Shown: positions 1-10,952 of the stretch, one piece after another | Layout of the letters: every line of letters starts with the position of its first letter | How positions within the stretch are numbered: the stretch's first letter is position 1 | Assembly (NCBI GenBank): GCA_963752595.1 | Contig: CAVVYZ010000007.1 | Location: 1-64,000 of the forward strand | Reading direction: 5' to 3' | Source of the DNA: an uncultured delta proteobacterium | GTDB taxonomy: Bacteria; Desulfobacterota; Desulfomonilia; UBA1062 | Length of the DNA stretch: 64,000 nt | The notes under the pieces: generated by a model | Database searches by the model: none | Told to the model about the DNA's origin: nothing | What the model saw: the letters and a program-made list of their open reading frames with translations, nothing else | Program-made: the position numbers and the translations under genes

Positions 1-3
1 GCG

Positions 4-2325
4 TCACCGCTCCATTATGCCGAACAGGCTCAAATAGTAATCTGTGGTGCGAACACTATTCAGGTCTCTGTCCGTTTTCAGGAGCTGCCAGTTGTTGAAC
101 CCCAAGCCGATCGCTTGCTTGAGGCTCTGGACAGACTCTTCGACCCTGTTTTCCTTCGCATGAATACAGGCCACATTGTAGTATGCATCGGGGCTGGCCG
201 GCTTGACTCTGATGACTTCCCTCAGGCAGGACAAGGCCTTGTCGTTCATCCCGAGGAGCGAATAATACACCGCCAGCTTGTTCAAGACCTCCAGATCGCC
301 AGGTCTTGCTTCATGCTTTTTCTCCAGTCCCTGCACAGCACTCTCAACCCTGGCCTTCCTGTTTTTCTCGGCATAAAGCTGCTGCTGTGCCGGGGCAAAA
401 CCCGAGTCGATCTTGAGGGCCTCGGCATAATGGAATATGGACTCGTTTATCCTGCCGAGATCGGAGAATGCCTTGCCCAGATTGTAGTGCGCCTGCTTGT
501 GCCGAGGGTTCAGGGTGATCGTCCGAGAAAATTGATCGACTGCTTCCTGAATCTTCATCTCGTTGATGTGAATCACACCCAGGTTGTAGTGAGCTTCAGC
601 ATACTGTGGGTCGATCTTCACTGTCTGTGAAAAATATCCGATGGCTGTATCGAGGTCTCCCTTTCGGTAATATGCCATCCCCAGGTTGAAGCAGACCTCG
701 GGATTATCAGGACTCAGGCGCTGCGAATCCAGGAAATTGCTCACGGCCTCGTCCGCGCTTCCCTTTTCAAGGTAAAGCATGCCGAGGCTCAAGTATGCAT
801 CACTGTCCCTTGGGTTCAGCCGGATGGATCTCTTGAGAAACCCGAGCGCTTTGTCAGGGTTTTTCTGCCTCAGGTACAAAACACCCAGATTGTAGTTGGG
901 CTCCGGGAAGTCCGGGCTGATGTCGATAGCCTTGGTGTAATGGATAACGGCCTCGTCAATCCTGTTCATTGCCAGCAGGGCATTTCCCAGGTTGTTTTGC
1001 GCTACGAAATTCTCCGGGTTGACTTTGATCCCATGCGTGTAGAGGGCATAGTCGTCTTTCCAGTACCTGATCTGATTCCAGGTAATACCAGACAGAATAA
1101 ACATTACGATGAGGATAGCCGCAATTGCAGTCTTTCTCCCGGCGATGCCCCTCAGATGCCCGACGATTTCGACAGCCCCCCAGCTGAAGGCGATATAGAT
1201 CCCGATGAGGGGAATGTAGGACCAGCGTTCTGCGATCTCGGGCCACTGCCCGCCCTGCATGATGCCGAGCACGGGAAAGATCGTTCCCAGATACCACAAC
1301 CAGCCGAAGAGGATGTACGGCCGGCGGGACAATTCCTTTAGGCTAAAGAACGTGATGGCCAGAATGATTGCTGCTGCGCCGGCTACCTTCCAGACCGGTA
1401 TATAATCAGGGTACGGGTAAAAAAAAGTAAGGTCGATCGGCAGCAGCATTTTCTCCAGGTACTTCACACACGACACAACCGCATTCTCGAGGCGCAGGGT
1501 CATGGGCACGACACTCGTCGGGACCGTGATGTGCTGGAGTGAGAGGCGGGACACATATACCGACAGGATCGAGAGCACAACCAGGGGTATCTTCTCTGCA
1601 GCGATCAGACCAAGTGATTCCTTTGCCTTGATGCCTGAGGCAAATTCCCTCATGTTTCCCGTAAATTTTCCATCGAACCAGATCCTTTTCAAGGGCCAGA
1701 AGTCCATAAGGATCAGGACCCCGGGCAGCGCCACGATTGAGGGTTTAGCCAGCAGGCCCAGGGCAAAGCATGCAGGAACCGGCAGGTATCTCATGAAGCT
1801 CCTGTACTTCGCATACCTGATGTAGGCCAGGATGCCGAGCATCCAGAAGGTCGTGCTGAGGACATTCTTTCGTTCCGCGAGCCATGCGACGGAGTCGACA
1901 TTGATCGGATGCAGCCCGAAAAACGACGCAGCGAGAAAGCTTGCCCAGAGTGAGCCTGTTGCAGAGGACAGAAGGAAGAAGAGCAATGCCGTGTTGAGCA
2001 CATGGATCAGGACATTCGTGAGGTGATGCATGCCGGGGTTGAGGCCGTACATCTGGCTGTCGAGCATATGTGACAGCCAGGTCACGGGGTGGTAATATGT
2101 CCTGATCGAGCATCCTTCTATACTGAAGGACCGCTTGATGTTGCTCAAGCTCAGCCCGGCCTTTACATACCCATTGTTCGTTACGTATATCCCGTCGTCA
2201 TAGCTGATGAACTCGTGGGTAACGACCTGCGTGTACACCAGGAGCGTCCCGGCAACGATGAGCAGGCACATCAGGGCAGTTCTGTATCGCTCGAAAAAGC
2301 TTTTTCCCCTGAACCCGCTCTTCAT
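4..2325 (-). CDS. TMTC-like multi-pass membrane glycosyltransferase (GT-C fold) with C-terminal TPRs
   Basis: 773-aa ORF. N-terminal TM, then FISYDD acidic loop, YHPVTWLSH, HPINVDSVAWLAERKNVL and ERWSYIP motifs, ~10 TMs, TPR repeats, and a YYNVAC...LKTDRDL end motif. Confidence 0.85.
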   Translation of the reverse strand: MKSGFRGKSFFERYRTALMCLLIVAGTLLVYTQVVTHEFISYDDGIYVTNNGYVKAGLSLSNIKRSFSIEGCSIRTYYHPVTWLSHMLDSQMYGLNPGMHHLTNVLIHVLNTALLFFLLSSATGSLWASFLAASFFGLHPINVDSVAWLAERKNVLSTTFWMLGILAYIRYAKYRSFMRYLPVPACFALGLLAKPSIVALPGVLILMDFWPLKRIWFDGKFTGNMREFASGIKAKESLGLIAAEKIPLVVLSILSVYVSRLSLQHITVPTSVVPMTLRLENAVVSCVKYLEKMLLPIDLTFFYPYPDYIPVWKVAGAAAIILAITFFSLKELSRRPYILFGWLWYLGTIFPVLGIMQGGQWPEIAERWSYIPLIGIYIAFSWGAVEIVGHLRGIAGRKTAIAAILIVMFILSGITWNQIRYWKDDYALYTHGIKVNPENFVAQNNLGNALLAMNRIDEAVIHYTKAIDISPDFPEPNYNLGVLYLRQKNPDKALGFLKRSIRLNPRDSDAYLSLGMLYLEKGSADEAVSNFLDSQRLSPDNPEVCFNLGMAYYRKGDLDTAIGYFSQTVKIDPQYAEAHYNLGVIHINEMKIQEAVDQFSRTITLNPRHKQAHYNLGKAFSDLGRINESIFHYAEALKIDSGFAPAQQQLYAEKNRKARVESAVQGLEKKHEARPGDLEVLNKLAVYYSLLGMNDKALSCLREVIRVKPASPDAYYNVACIHAKENRVEESVQSLKQAIGLGFNNWQLLKTDRDLNSVRTTDYYLSLFGIMER

Positions 2326-2326
2326 G

Positions 2327-3079
2327 TTAAGAAGGATCTTTCCCTTTCAGCGGCCGCCTGCACCGTATGAGCAGCGACCCGGCAAACTCGCGCACGCCGG
2401 GTACCTTCTCGAGCACATACCCCATCCTGGAGACACCCCGGATGAGCTTCTCGGGAGTCAGGGGATGGAGCCAGTCAAAAGGCCGAATATCAATGTCGGC
2501 AAATCCCTTTTCTCTTAACAGTGCGCCGAGGGACCATCTGACGAACGCTGTCTCGTCAGGCGAGTCTCCCAAAAGCTTCTTTACCCACGGGATGTTTTTC
2601 TGGATGAGGATCTGCGGGTTGAGCATATTGGGCTCCGCAAAGCTCATCGTTCCCCCGGGCTTGAGGAGATCGAAGATTTTGGAGAAAGACCGCTGCAGGT
2701 CAAGGTGGTGCAGGATCGACGATCCGATGACCGCGTCAAAGGGACCGTCGACATCGCACTCTTCAAATGGCTTTTCGATAAACCAGACTTTGTCCTTATC
2801 CAAGCCCCTGGTCCGGGCTTCTTTGAGCAGATCCGCAGAGATGTCCACGGCCGTGATAAAGGCCCCTGTCCGGGAAAAAAATTCGGTGAACAGCCCTGTC
2901 CCGCACCCGATCTCCAGTGCGTGAGCTCCGGGTCCCAGATTGGATCCCTCTGCGATGAGCCCTGCCCTTCTCCTGGCCCGGACCATCCCTGCGGGAGAGC
3001 CCCAACCCCATATCAGCTCGGGGTCATGCTGTGCGAGTTTTTTCCCATGCTCGATCTCATTATTGAATTCTCTGCTCAT
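2327..3079 (-). CDS. Class I SAM-dependent methyltransferase
   Basis: LEIGCGTG motif, AVDIS, FDAVIGSSILHHL. Start moved to MSREFNN (3079) to avoid overlap with the upstream gene. Confidence 0.85.
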   Translation of the reverse strand: MSREFNNEIEHGKKLAQHDPELIWGWGSPAGMVRARRRAGLIAEGSNLGPGAHALEIGCGTGLFTEFFSRTGAFITAVDISADLLKEARTRGLDKDKVWFIEKPFEECDVDGPFDAVIGSSILHHLDLQRSFSKIFDLLKPGGTMSFAEPNMLNPQILIQKNIPWVKKLLGDSPDETAFVRWSLGALLREKGFADIDIRPFDWLHPLTPEKLIRGVSRMGYVLEKVPGVREFAGSLLIRCRRPLKGKDPS

Positions 3080-3093
3080 CGTTTCGTCTCTCT

Positions 3094-4569
3094 TTAGCAT
3101 AGCTTGATCCGTCTGAGTGCGAAGATCACCATCCGGAGGAGGATGATACCGTGCCTCCACCGGTTGATATTCGTGTCTCCATACTTCCGTTCCCGATACC
3201 GGATGGGCATCTCGACGATCTTCAGGTTCAGCTTCGCTGCCCCGAACAGGAGGTCGAAATCACCGAAGGGATCGAAGTCGCCAAAATATGCTCTGTCCCG
3301 TGCGATTTTTTCGTAATTGATCCTGCTGATGACCTTTGTACCGCACAGAGTGTCCTTGATGGTCTGTCCGAGGAGGTAGGAGAATGCCATGGAGAAGAAC
3401 TTGTTCCCTACGATGTTCATGTACCGCATTGCCTGCTTTTCCATGGGATACACCAGTCGCACGCCGTTGATGAACTCCCCCTCTCCGGAATGGATGGCTT
3501 CATAAAAGCGCGGAAGGTCCTCCGGAGGGACCGTCATGTCCGCATCCAGGATCATCAGAATATCGCCCGAGGCATTCTGGAAGCCCAGCCTGACGGCATC
3601 ACCCTTGCCCTTGCCTGTCTGTCTGAACAGCTTGCTGTTTCTCTCCGGATGCTTCCTTATGGCCTCCTCGATGGATTCATACGTATTGTCCTTCGAGTTT
3701 CCTTCGACGAAAATCAATTCTGTGCCGCCCCCCATCTCGGGTACCCGGTCAAAGATCTCATCGATATTGCCTGCCTCATTCCGGGCAGGAACAATCACGG
3801 ACACAACCGGCTCCTTTTCCTGCTCCGCTTTCTCAGGGCGCATCTTCGCAATGATGAAGTTCGTCAGTGCAAAGTAATAAAAAGGCCACATCTTCACAAG
3901 GTACTGATTGAGCGCCTTTGCCAGAAAAGGAGTATGCATGGGCCAGAGGATCTCCTGCCAGCTTCTCATGCGCTCGAACCCGGTCAGGTTGAGCATGTTG
4001 GCGATATCTTCAACAGTAAGCCAGTTCTGCGGGAGCATGGGAGCAGATAATGCCAGCTTCTGGGTCAGCAGCAGAGGAAGTTCCCAGACCCTGCTGAATA
4101 TGTTGATGATGATCCTCGTATCGGGTGTGCTGATCTTTTTCAGCTGCGTAAATACGCTTTGCACATCCCAGAGATCGTTTACCGAATCTGAAAGGATGAT
4201 GACATCGAATGTGCCGTCGATGGACATGTCGTGCGCGTCGCATTCGATAAAATGGAGGTCGGGATGCCTGTCCCTCGCACGCCTGATCATCTCTCCCGAG
4301 AAGTCGATGCCTAGGCCGTACGAAGGATTCAATGAGGCGAGCAGGTCGCCTTTCCCGCATCCGATCTCGATGACCTTGAGCCCTGATGGGACAAGAAAAC
4401 GATAAACCTCGTTGATCCTCTTATGGTAATATTCACCTTTCGAAGACCAGGTATCCGACTTCCGTGCCAGCGAATCCCAGTGATGTATCCTCTTAACCCG
4501 ATACTCCTGCGCTGCCCTGGTATCCGATGCTTTGTTAATATTCACCACTGCAATGAACTCCTTTGTCAA
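3094..4569 (-). CDS. SAM methyltransferase - GT2 glycosyltransferase fusion
   Basis: N-terminal IEIGCGKG. C-terminal VSVIVPARNE, GKGDAVR and ILDADMT (DxD) motifs of polyprenol-P-sugar synthase-like GT2. Confidence 0.88.
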   Translation of the reverse strand: MTKEFIAVVNINKASDTRAAQEYRVKRIHHWDSLARKSDTWSSKGEYYHKRINEVYRFLVPSGLKVIEIGCGKGDLLASLNPSYGLGIDFSGEMIRRARDRHPDLHFIECDAHDMSIDGTFDVIILSDSVNDLWDVQSVFTQLKKISTPDTRIIINIFSRVWELPLLLTQKLALSAPMLPQNWLTVEDIANMLNLTGFERMRSWQEILWPMHTPFLAKALNQYLVKMWPFYYFALTNFIIAKMRPEKAEQEKEPVVSVIVPARNEAGNIDEIFDRVPEMGGGTELIFVEGNSKDNTYESIEEAIRKHPERNSKLFRQTGKGKGDAVRLGFQNASGDILMILDADMTVPPEDLPRFYEAIHSGEGEFINGVRLVYPMEKQAMRYMNIVGNKFFSMAFSYLLGQTIKDTLCGTKVISRINYEKIARDRAYFGDFDPFGDFDLLFGAAKLNLKIVEMPIRYRERKYGDTNINRWRHGIILLRMVIFALRRIKLC

Positions 4570-4625
4570 TTTTCAGAAACAAATGTATCGCAATCCAAAG
4601 TACCTTTTCTGAATATCTCGAGAAA

Positions 4626-5567
4626 TTATTTACGAATTTTTTCTTTATACCATTCGTACGTCTTCTTTATCCCCTCTTCGAGGCTTGTAGTCGCCTTCCA
4701 CCCCATGGCATTGATCCTCGATACATCCATCAGCTTTTTCGCCGTGCCATCCGGCTTTGCCGCATCCCAGCATATCTCTCCCGTATATCCCACGATCCCG
4801 GCTATAAGGCTTGCCAGGTCCCTGATGGACACGTCCGACCCTGCCCCGATATTGATAAATTCACCGATCTCTTGGGCGTGAAAATTTTGCGTGACGAATA
4901 CGAAGGCACCGGCAAGGTCATCGACAAAGAGAAACTCCCGCAAAGGCTTGCCTGTTCCCCAGAGCGTCACCCCGGGGGCAGACGCGGCTTTCGCCTCGTG
5001 GAATCTTCGAATCAGAGCGGGCAGGACATGTGAGGTCTCCAGGTCAAAATTGTCCTGAGGGCCGTAGAGGTTTGTGGGCATGACCGACAGGAAATCCGTG
5101 CCGTACTGCTCGTTGTAGTAACGGCAGAGCTTTATTGCCGCGATCTTTGCAACGGCATAAGCCTCGTTTGTCGGCTCCAGGGGACTGGTCAGGAGATACT
5201 CTTCCTTCAGAGGCTGGGGTGCATTTTTTGGATATATGCAGGAAGAGCCCAGGTTTAGGAGTTTTTTAACACCGTATTTGTAGCTCAAATGGATGACATT
5301 GGTCGAGATCATGATGTTCGTGTAGATGAATTCTGCTGGATATGTGCTGTTGGCCATGATCCCGCCTACCTTTGCGGCGCAGAGGAATACGTATTCCGGC
5401 TTCTCGCGGGTGAAAAAATCCTCCACTTCACCCTGCCGGGTGAGATCGAGTTCTGCATGCGGCCGGAAGACAAGGTTGTGATAGCCCTCGCTTTCCAGCT
5501 TTCTCATGACAGCAGCTCCCACCAGACCCTGATGGCCTGCTACGAATATCTTTGCTTCCTTATTCAT
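4626..5567 (-). CDS. fcl: GDP-L-fucose synthase
   Basis: [40 protein letters not shown] motifs. Directly follows gmd. Confidence 0.96.
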   Translation of the reverse strand: MNKEAKIFVAGHQGLVGAAVMRKLESEGYHNLVFRPHAELDLTRQGEVEDFFTREKPEYVFLCAAKVGGIMANSTYPAEFIYTNIMISTNVIHLSYKYGVKKLLNLGSSCIYPKNAPQPLKEEYLLTSPLEPTNEAYAVAKIAAIKLCRYYNEQYGTDFLSVMPTNLYGPQDNFDLETSHVLPALIRRFHEAKAASAPGVTLWGTGKPLREFLFVDDLAGAFVFVTQNFHAQEIGEFINIGAGSDVSIRDLASLIAGIVGYTGEICWDAAKPDGTAKKLMDVSRINAMGWKATTSLEEGIKKTYEWYKEKIRK

Positions 5568-6678
5568 TTCTATTCATCACCGTGAAACCGCTGTTGAGAC
5601 ACAAAAGATCCCTTTTCGTTTCTTCCAGGTCGCGCTCGATCATCTCCGAGATCATCTCCTCGAATGTGATCTTTGCTTCCCACCCGAGCTTCCTCTTTGC
5701 CTTTTCAGGGTTGCCGAGGAGCGTTTCGACTTCGGTCGGCCTGAAATACCGCGGGTCGATCATAACAACCGTGTCACCGGGCCGGATCTTCAGCTCATCG
5801 CTCTGCCGCCTAACGCTCGCGGCAATCCCCTTTTCCTCGATGCCGGAGCCTTTCCATTCCAGGTCGAGGCCGGCATTTGAGAAAGCCAGCGTACAGAGGT
5901 CACGGACAGAGTACTGCTTACCGGTGGCGATGACATAATCGTCCGGCTGGTCCTGCTGCAGCATGAGCCACTGGGCGATTACGTAGTCCCTGGCATGTCC
6001 CCAGTCTCTCAGCGCATTGAGGTTGCCTATGAACAGCTTGTCCTGAAGCCCAAGCGCAATCCTGCTCGCAGCCCTGGTCACCTTCCTGGTGATGAATGTC
6101 TCACCCCGGACAGGTGACTCGTGGTTGAACAGGATGCCGTTGCACGCAAACATGCCGTAGGCCTCCCGGTAATTGACCGTGATCCAGTAGGCATAGAGCT
6201 TTGCTACCCCGTACGGGCTCCTGGGGTAGAAGGGAGTGTTCTCATCCTGCGGGATCTCCCGGACGTTCCCGTAGAGCTCGCTGGTGGACGCCTGATAAAA
6301 CCGTGCATTTCTTTCCATGCCGAGGATTCTCAAGGCCTCGAGAATCCTCAGGGTCCCCAGGGCATCCGACTGGGCTGTGTACTCAGGCGTTTCGAACGAC
6401 ACCTGAACATGGCTCTGTGCGCCGAGATTGTAGATTTCATCGGGCTCCACGTCCTGAATGATCCTGATGATATTTGTGGCATCCGTAAGGTCTCCGTAGT
6501 GCATGAAGAACCGCACGTCCTTTTCGTGGGGGTCCTGATAGAGATGATCCACCCGGTAGGTATTGAAGCTGGAAGAACGCCTCTTGATGCCATGAACAAC
6601 ATATCCTTTGTTCAAGAGAAATTCCGCCAGATATGAACCATCCTGCCCGGTGATTCCGGTAATTAGAGCTTTTTTCAT
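5560..6678 (-). CDS. gmd: GDP-mannose 4,6-dehydratase
   Basis: [44 protein letters not shown]. Confidence 0.98.
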   Translation of the reverse strand: MKKALITGITGQDGSYLAEFLLNKGYVVHGIKRRSSSFNTYRVDHLYQDPHEKDVRFFMHYGDLTDATNIIRIIQDVEPDEIYNLGAQSHVQVSFETPEYTAQSDALGTLRILEALRILGMERNARFYQASTSELYGNVREIPQDENTPFYPRSPYGVAKLYAYWITVNYREAYGMFACNGILFNHESPVRGETFITRKVTRAASRIALGLQDKLFIGNLNALRDWGHARDYVIAQWLMLQQDQPDDYVIATGKQYSVRDLCTLAFSNAGLDLEWKGSGIEEKGIAASVRRQSDELKIRPGDTVVMIDPRYFRPTEVETLLGNPEKAKRKLGWEAKITFEEMISEMIERDLEETKRDLLCLNSGFTVMNRNE

Positions 6679-7049
6679 GCTGTTGCCCTCTGAAAGATAT
6701 TCTTGAATCTATCGCAATAACAGTTTCGGATAATATCATAATTAAAACAATCATGTCATTTGATTAAAGTCTCATACGCAATAGGGCCCTTTTAGAAATT
6801 ATGATATAATTTTATTCCTATAAAAATGGTGCGGTCAAACGAATAAAGATAATCATGAAACAGACATTCCACACACCCAGCCGGTGATATCAGGAATGTA
6901 GGATTTGAAGCCTTCAATGCACAAAAGCAGGAGCAGGCCTATCGGGCGATCTGCTACGACCAACTCGGCAACCAGGAGCAGGATGGCTGACCATCAGTTT
7001 GATCAGGGAAATTTTTTTCTCAGTTAGATAACTTAATTGCATACAAATC

Positions 7050-8195
7050 TTATCTGAAGAACTCTTTGATCTTCCCGACAATTCGATGGACATCGGCTTC
7101 GCTCATTCCGTAATACAAAGGCAGCCTGAGCAGCCTGTCGCTCAAGTCATCGGTCTGATCCATCTTACTGCCAATGCGTCCATACTTCTTCCCAGCCGGG
7201 GACGAATGAAGCGGGACATAGTGAAAAATCGCCTTGATCCCATCCGAATTGAGGTGTTCGATGAGACGGTCCCTCTCAGCAAGAGATGCAGTGATGATAT
7301 AAAAAATGTGACCGTTGTTCGAGCTCCCGTCATCAATAAAGGGGAGCCTCAAGCAGCCCTCTCCTTCCAGGCCCTTCAGCTGCTCATAGTATGAGTGGAA
7401 TATTGCGCGGCGTGCTGCAATTATCTTTTCAGCCTGTTCCATCTGAGCAAAGAGGAAGGCACTGATCAGCTCGCTCGGCAGATAGGACGATCCGATATCG
7501 ACCCAGGTATATTTGTCCACCTCGCCCCTGAAGAACTGCGACCGATTTGTGCCTTTTTCCCTGATGATCTCAGCCCTTTCCTTGAAAACATCCTGGTTGA
7601 TGAGCAGTGCTCCGCCTTCACCGCTGATGATGTTTTTCGTCTCATGGAAGCTCAGGCAGCCAAGATGGCCGATGGTCCCCAGATACTTTCCTTTATGCAT
7701 CGAAAGCAAAGATTGTGCGGCATCTTCTATGACGAACAGTTCGTTCTTCCGGGCTGTCTCCATGATCTCGTCCATTGCACAAGGGACGCCGGCATAATGC
7801 ACCGGGACAACGGCTTTCGTCTTGGAGGTCAAGGCTTCCTCAATGAGATGCTCATCGATATTGAGCGTATCGGGCCGTATGTCTACAAAGACAGGCACTG
7901 CTCCACGCAAGACAAAAGCATTTGCCGTTGAAACAAAGGTGAATGAGGGCATGATCACTTCATCGCCCGGCTGGATATTGCAGAGTATGGCCGCCATTTC
8001 CAAGGCCGCTGTACAGGAATGGGTGAGCAATGCCTTCCTGCAGCCGATACGATCTTCAATCCATGCATGGCAGCGCTTCGTAAACGGCCCGTCTCCTGCC
8101 AGTTGTCCTTCGATAACGGCCTGGGCAATGTAATAAAGTTCCTGCCCCACGATAAACGGCTTGTTGTAAGGAATTTTGGTTTTCATTCCATCCAC
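7050..8195 (-). CDS. wecE: dTDP-4-amino-4,6-dideoxygalactose transaminase (DegT/DnrJ family)
   Basis: SCTAALEMAA, EDAAQ, SFHETKNIISGEGG, EKGTNRSQFFRGEVDKYTWVDIGSSY, FHYVPLH. Confidence 0.93.
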   Translation of the reverse strand: MDGMKTKIPYNKPFIVGQELYYIAQAVIEGQLAGDGPFTKRCHAWIEDRIGCRKALLTHSCTAALEMAAILCNIQPGDEVIMPSFTFVSTANAFVLRGAVPVFVDIRPDTLNIDEHLIEEALTSKTKAVVPVHYAGVPCAMDEIMETARKNELFVIEDAAQSLLSMHKGKYLGTIGHLGCLSFHETKNIISGEGGALLINQDVFKERAEIIREKGTNRSQFFRGEVDKYTWVDIGSSYLPSELISAFLFAQMEQAEKIIAARRAIFHSYYEQLKGLEGEGCLRLPFIDDGSSNNGHIFYIITASLAERDRLIEHLNSDGIKAIFHYVPLHSSPAGKKYGRIGSKMDQTDDLSDRLLRLPLYYGMSEADVHRIVGKIKEFFR

Positions 8196-8196
8196 A

Positions 8197-9081
8197 TCAC
8201 TGCTCCTTTATGCCGATGCAGAGCAACGATCCCCCTGCAGGAAGATCCGCCCCATTCGCGAGGATTCGCTCCTCTACCTTGCAGACAGCCTGCATTACAG
8301 CATTGATAACCGGTTTAAGCTTAAGCTCCCTTAAGGGGTCATATTCTCTTTTTCGGCGGTTCGTTGCAAACCGGGCGAAGATCCGCGAAAATATCAGCAC
8401 TGGGAGAAGCAGGGTGATAAATGAGGTTATGGAAACGATCCGGAACCCTTTGCCTGCCATCTTCGCCGTGAGTTCCTCCCTGGCATATCTCCTCCGGTGG
8501 AATGCCTTTTCATCCTGTATGGTCCAGAGCCACGGGTGCTGAGGCACCGTGACAATCGCACCGCCGCCCGGCTTAAGCGATCTGAATATCTCGCCTATCG
8601 CCCGGGAGTCATCCTCTATATGTTCCAGAACATCAAGTGCAAGGATAAGATCGAACTCCCTGTCAAAAGGCATCCGGCAGGCGTCCATCCGATAGAGAGA
8701 AGCATCCGGTATTCTCGTGCTCGCAAAATGGAGGCCTTCAGGAAAAAGGTCGCTCCCGGACAGGGTAATTTGTGGATGCTTTTTACGGATCTCTGACAGG
8801 ACGAACCCGGTGCCGCAGCCTATTTCAAGCACATGAGCGGAAGAATAAAAATATTCTTTCATTGCTTTCAGAATAAGTCGGGTACGGTGCAGGAACCAGA
8901 AGCTACCCGCCTCAAGCTGGTAGAGCCGGGGGAAACACTCAGGATTGAATGGCTCGCGAGAAGACCCTCCCCCGTCAAGGAACGAGAGGAAACCATCATA
9001 GGAGTCCGGCGCCTTCCCGCAGTTCGGACATTCCCAGTCATGTGAAGAAAAACTGCACCCACAGGATAGACAGATCTTCAT
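8197..9081 (-). CDS. Class I SAM-dependent methyltransferase with N-terminal Cys cluster
   Basis: CLSC...CPNC, LEIGCGTG, LDVLEHIEDD, HRRRY. Confidence 0.85.
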   Translation of the reverse strand: MKICLSCGCSFSSHDWECPNCGKAPDSYDGFLSFLDGGGSSREPFNPECFPRLYQLEAGSFWFLHRTRLILKAMKEYFYSSAHVLEIGCGTGFVLSEIRKKHPQITLSGSDLFPEGLHFASTRIPDASLYRMDACRMPFDREFDLILALDVLEHIEDDSRAIGEIFRSLKPGGGAIVTVPQHPWLWTIQDEKAFHRRRYAREELTAKMAGKGFRIVSITSFITLLLPVLIFSRIFARFATNRRKREYDPLRELKLKPVINAVMQAVCKVEERILANGADLPAGGSLLCIGIKEQ

Positions 9082-9869
9082 GGCCTTTTGGGGCTGGCTT
9101 TTTGAGACAAATCAAACCATTTGTGGAAGGTGTAGTACGAGCAGACCGGTTCGAAGCCGAGGCGTATCCATACTTTCTGAACCGACAAGTTGGTAATTTG
9201 AGTTGCTGTAATGATCGATCCAATGCCTCTTTCAACACACCATCTCATACAGTTTATGAGGATCATACGATAGATCCCCAACCCCTGGTACGGTCGGAGA
9301 ACACCGGCAAGGATATACTGCCCCTCATCGGCACTGCTGGCGCGAACGGTGCCAAAGCCAATAACTTTACCTTTCATTTCGGCAATAAAGACTTCATCAG
9401 CTACCTCTTTGGAATGACAAGATTTATATGCCCAGTCCGTATACACTTCGTCACATTTTACTTTTTCCAGTCCGGCGTCCGCGTGATAGTGGCCAAGATA
9501 GCCATTGAAGGCCTCAGAAGCGATGGATTTGACAATATTTTCTTCTCCCAATTTAAAGGGTCTTATTTGTATTTCAGAGGTATATTCCGGTAGCGGATTC
9601 TTCCTGAGGTTGCATGAATAGTATATGAGCGTATCCATGAGTAAGAAGCCGCCATGCTCGATTTCTTGCACAACGGACAGGTCATGTGTGGGGCATCGTG
9701 TTATAAGCATACGGACCATGTTATTTTTGCAAAACTTCAAAGCATCGGGAATATTTTCAATTGTTAGCCCTTCCGCTTTAGCAATTTTTATTCGAAAGCG
9801 TTCTTCATCTATGCGAGAAATGGAAATTCGAAGATCTTCAGTGCTCATGTTTTTTCCATAATTTATCAT
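9078..9869 (-). CDS. GNAT acetyltransferase, WecD/RffC-like
   Basis: HYHAD...YTDW, YQGLGIY acetyl-CoA motif, ATQITN...LGF. Lies near wecE. Confidence 0.75.
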   Translation of the reverse strand: MINYGKNMSTEDLRISISRIDEERFRIKIAKAEGLTIENIPDALKFCKNNMVRMLITRCPTHDLSVVQEIEHGGFLLMDTLIYYSCNLRKNPLPEYTSEIQIRPFKLGEENIVKSIASEAFNGYLGHYHADAGLEKVKCDEVYTDWAYKSCHSKEVADEVFIAEMKGKVIGFGTVRASSADEGQYILAGVLRPYQGLGIYRMILINCMRWCVERGIGSIITATQITNLSVQKVWIRLGFEPVCSYYTFHKWFDLSQKASPKRP

Positions 9870-10791
9870 CAGAAGGCTCTAGCGTTTCACGAATGACGCT
9901 GCTGGGACGGTCCATGGTCCTAAAATGAATCCTGGCCAGATACTCCCCAAATATACCCAGCATCAATAACTGGACGCCGGAAAATATTGCTATTGCACAC
10001 GCGAGGAAGGAGAATCCAGGCACACCTCCGCCATTGATTAAATAATTCCCGATGACGAAAACCAGAATCACGAATCCCAAAATGGTGAAAAGGAAGCCCA
10101 GGATGCTTGCGGCCTGGAGAGGAAGAGAACTGAAGCCTGTAATCATATTGAAAGCATGCGTAATGAGCTTCCAGAAAGTATAGTTTGAGAGACCTGACTT
10201 GCGCGTATCATGCCTTACAGCAACCGCGGCGAACCGCGTCGTACCCCAGGTGAGCAGGACATCCAGCGAAACAAAGGAACCCCGGTAATCTGCAAAAGCC
10301 TGCCGGATCTGCGTACGGAAAGCCCGGAAAGCGCTCGCCATCTGGGCCGTCTCCACGCCTATAGTTGCCTTGAGTGATGATTTAGTAATGATCGAAGCCA
10401 TGTCTCGCCACAGGCCGTGCCGCTGTTGAACCGGCGCACCATAGACCACGTCATACCCCTCCCCCAGCTTCTCGATAAGCTTGGGTATCTCCTCGGGGGG
10501 ATGCTGAAGGTCGTCGTCCATGGTAACAATGGTTTCATACCTAGCAGCCCTGATGCCGCACAGCATGGCATTGTGCTGGCCGTAATTCCTCATGAGGTCG
10601 ATGCCTCTAATCCATGAATGACGGGATACGAGGTAGCTGATTGCTTCCCAGCTCTGATCCCTGCTCCCATCATTCACGAGGACAAGTTCGTACTCTCTGC
10701 TGCAAGATTCCAGAACCGGAGCCAACCTGGAAACCAGGTCAGGGAGAATCGAGCTGCTGTTATATACTGGGACAACTACTGAAATGCCCAT
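9838..10791 (-). CDS. GT2 ArnC/GtrB-like polyprenyl-phosphate glycosyltransferase
   Basis: SVVVPVYNS, VNDGSRD, RNYGQHNA, TMDDDLQHPPEEIP, two C-terminal TMs, GEYLARI. Start at MGISVV after CAGGAG. Confidence 0.9.
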   Translation of the reverse strand: MGISVVVPVYNSSSILPDLVSRLAPVLESCSREYELVLVNDGSRDQSWEAISYLVSRHSWIRGIDLMRNYGQHNAMLCGIRAARYETIVTMDDDLQHPPEEIPKLIEKLGEGYDVVYGAPVQQRHGLWRDMASIITKSSLKATIGVETAQMASAFRAFRTQIRQAFADYRGSFVSLDVLLTWGTTRFAAVAVRHDTRKSGLSNYTFWKLITHAFNMITGFSSLPLQAASILGFLFTILGFVILVFVIGNYLINGGGVPGFSFLACAIAIFSGVQLLMLGIFGEYLARIHFRTMDRPSSVIRETLEPSDDKLWKKHEH

Positions 10792-10952
10792 GGCGGAAAC
10801 GCTCCTGCAATGCAAACACATCCTGTTCGATCAAACTGCCCTCGAGTATCTTGCCAGGAAATTTTTCACAATAAAATATACACTTTTTACCCAAAAAGGT
10901 ATATTTAAAAATGAGGTGTGATTTCCAAAGAATAGAATAGAGAGGGTCTTGG

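Noticed and set aside
6679-7049. 370-nt gap between wecE and gmd as an sRNA or IS remnant
   Set aside because: No clear ORF, terminal IRs or stable structure recognised. Probably a promoter region.
10847-10860. ATCTTGCCAGG shared by two divergent intergenic regions (also ~41150)
   Set aside because: An 11-nt match with only two copies is not distinguishable from chance.
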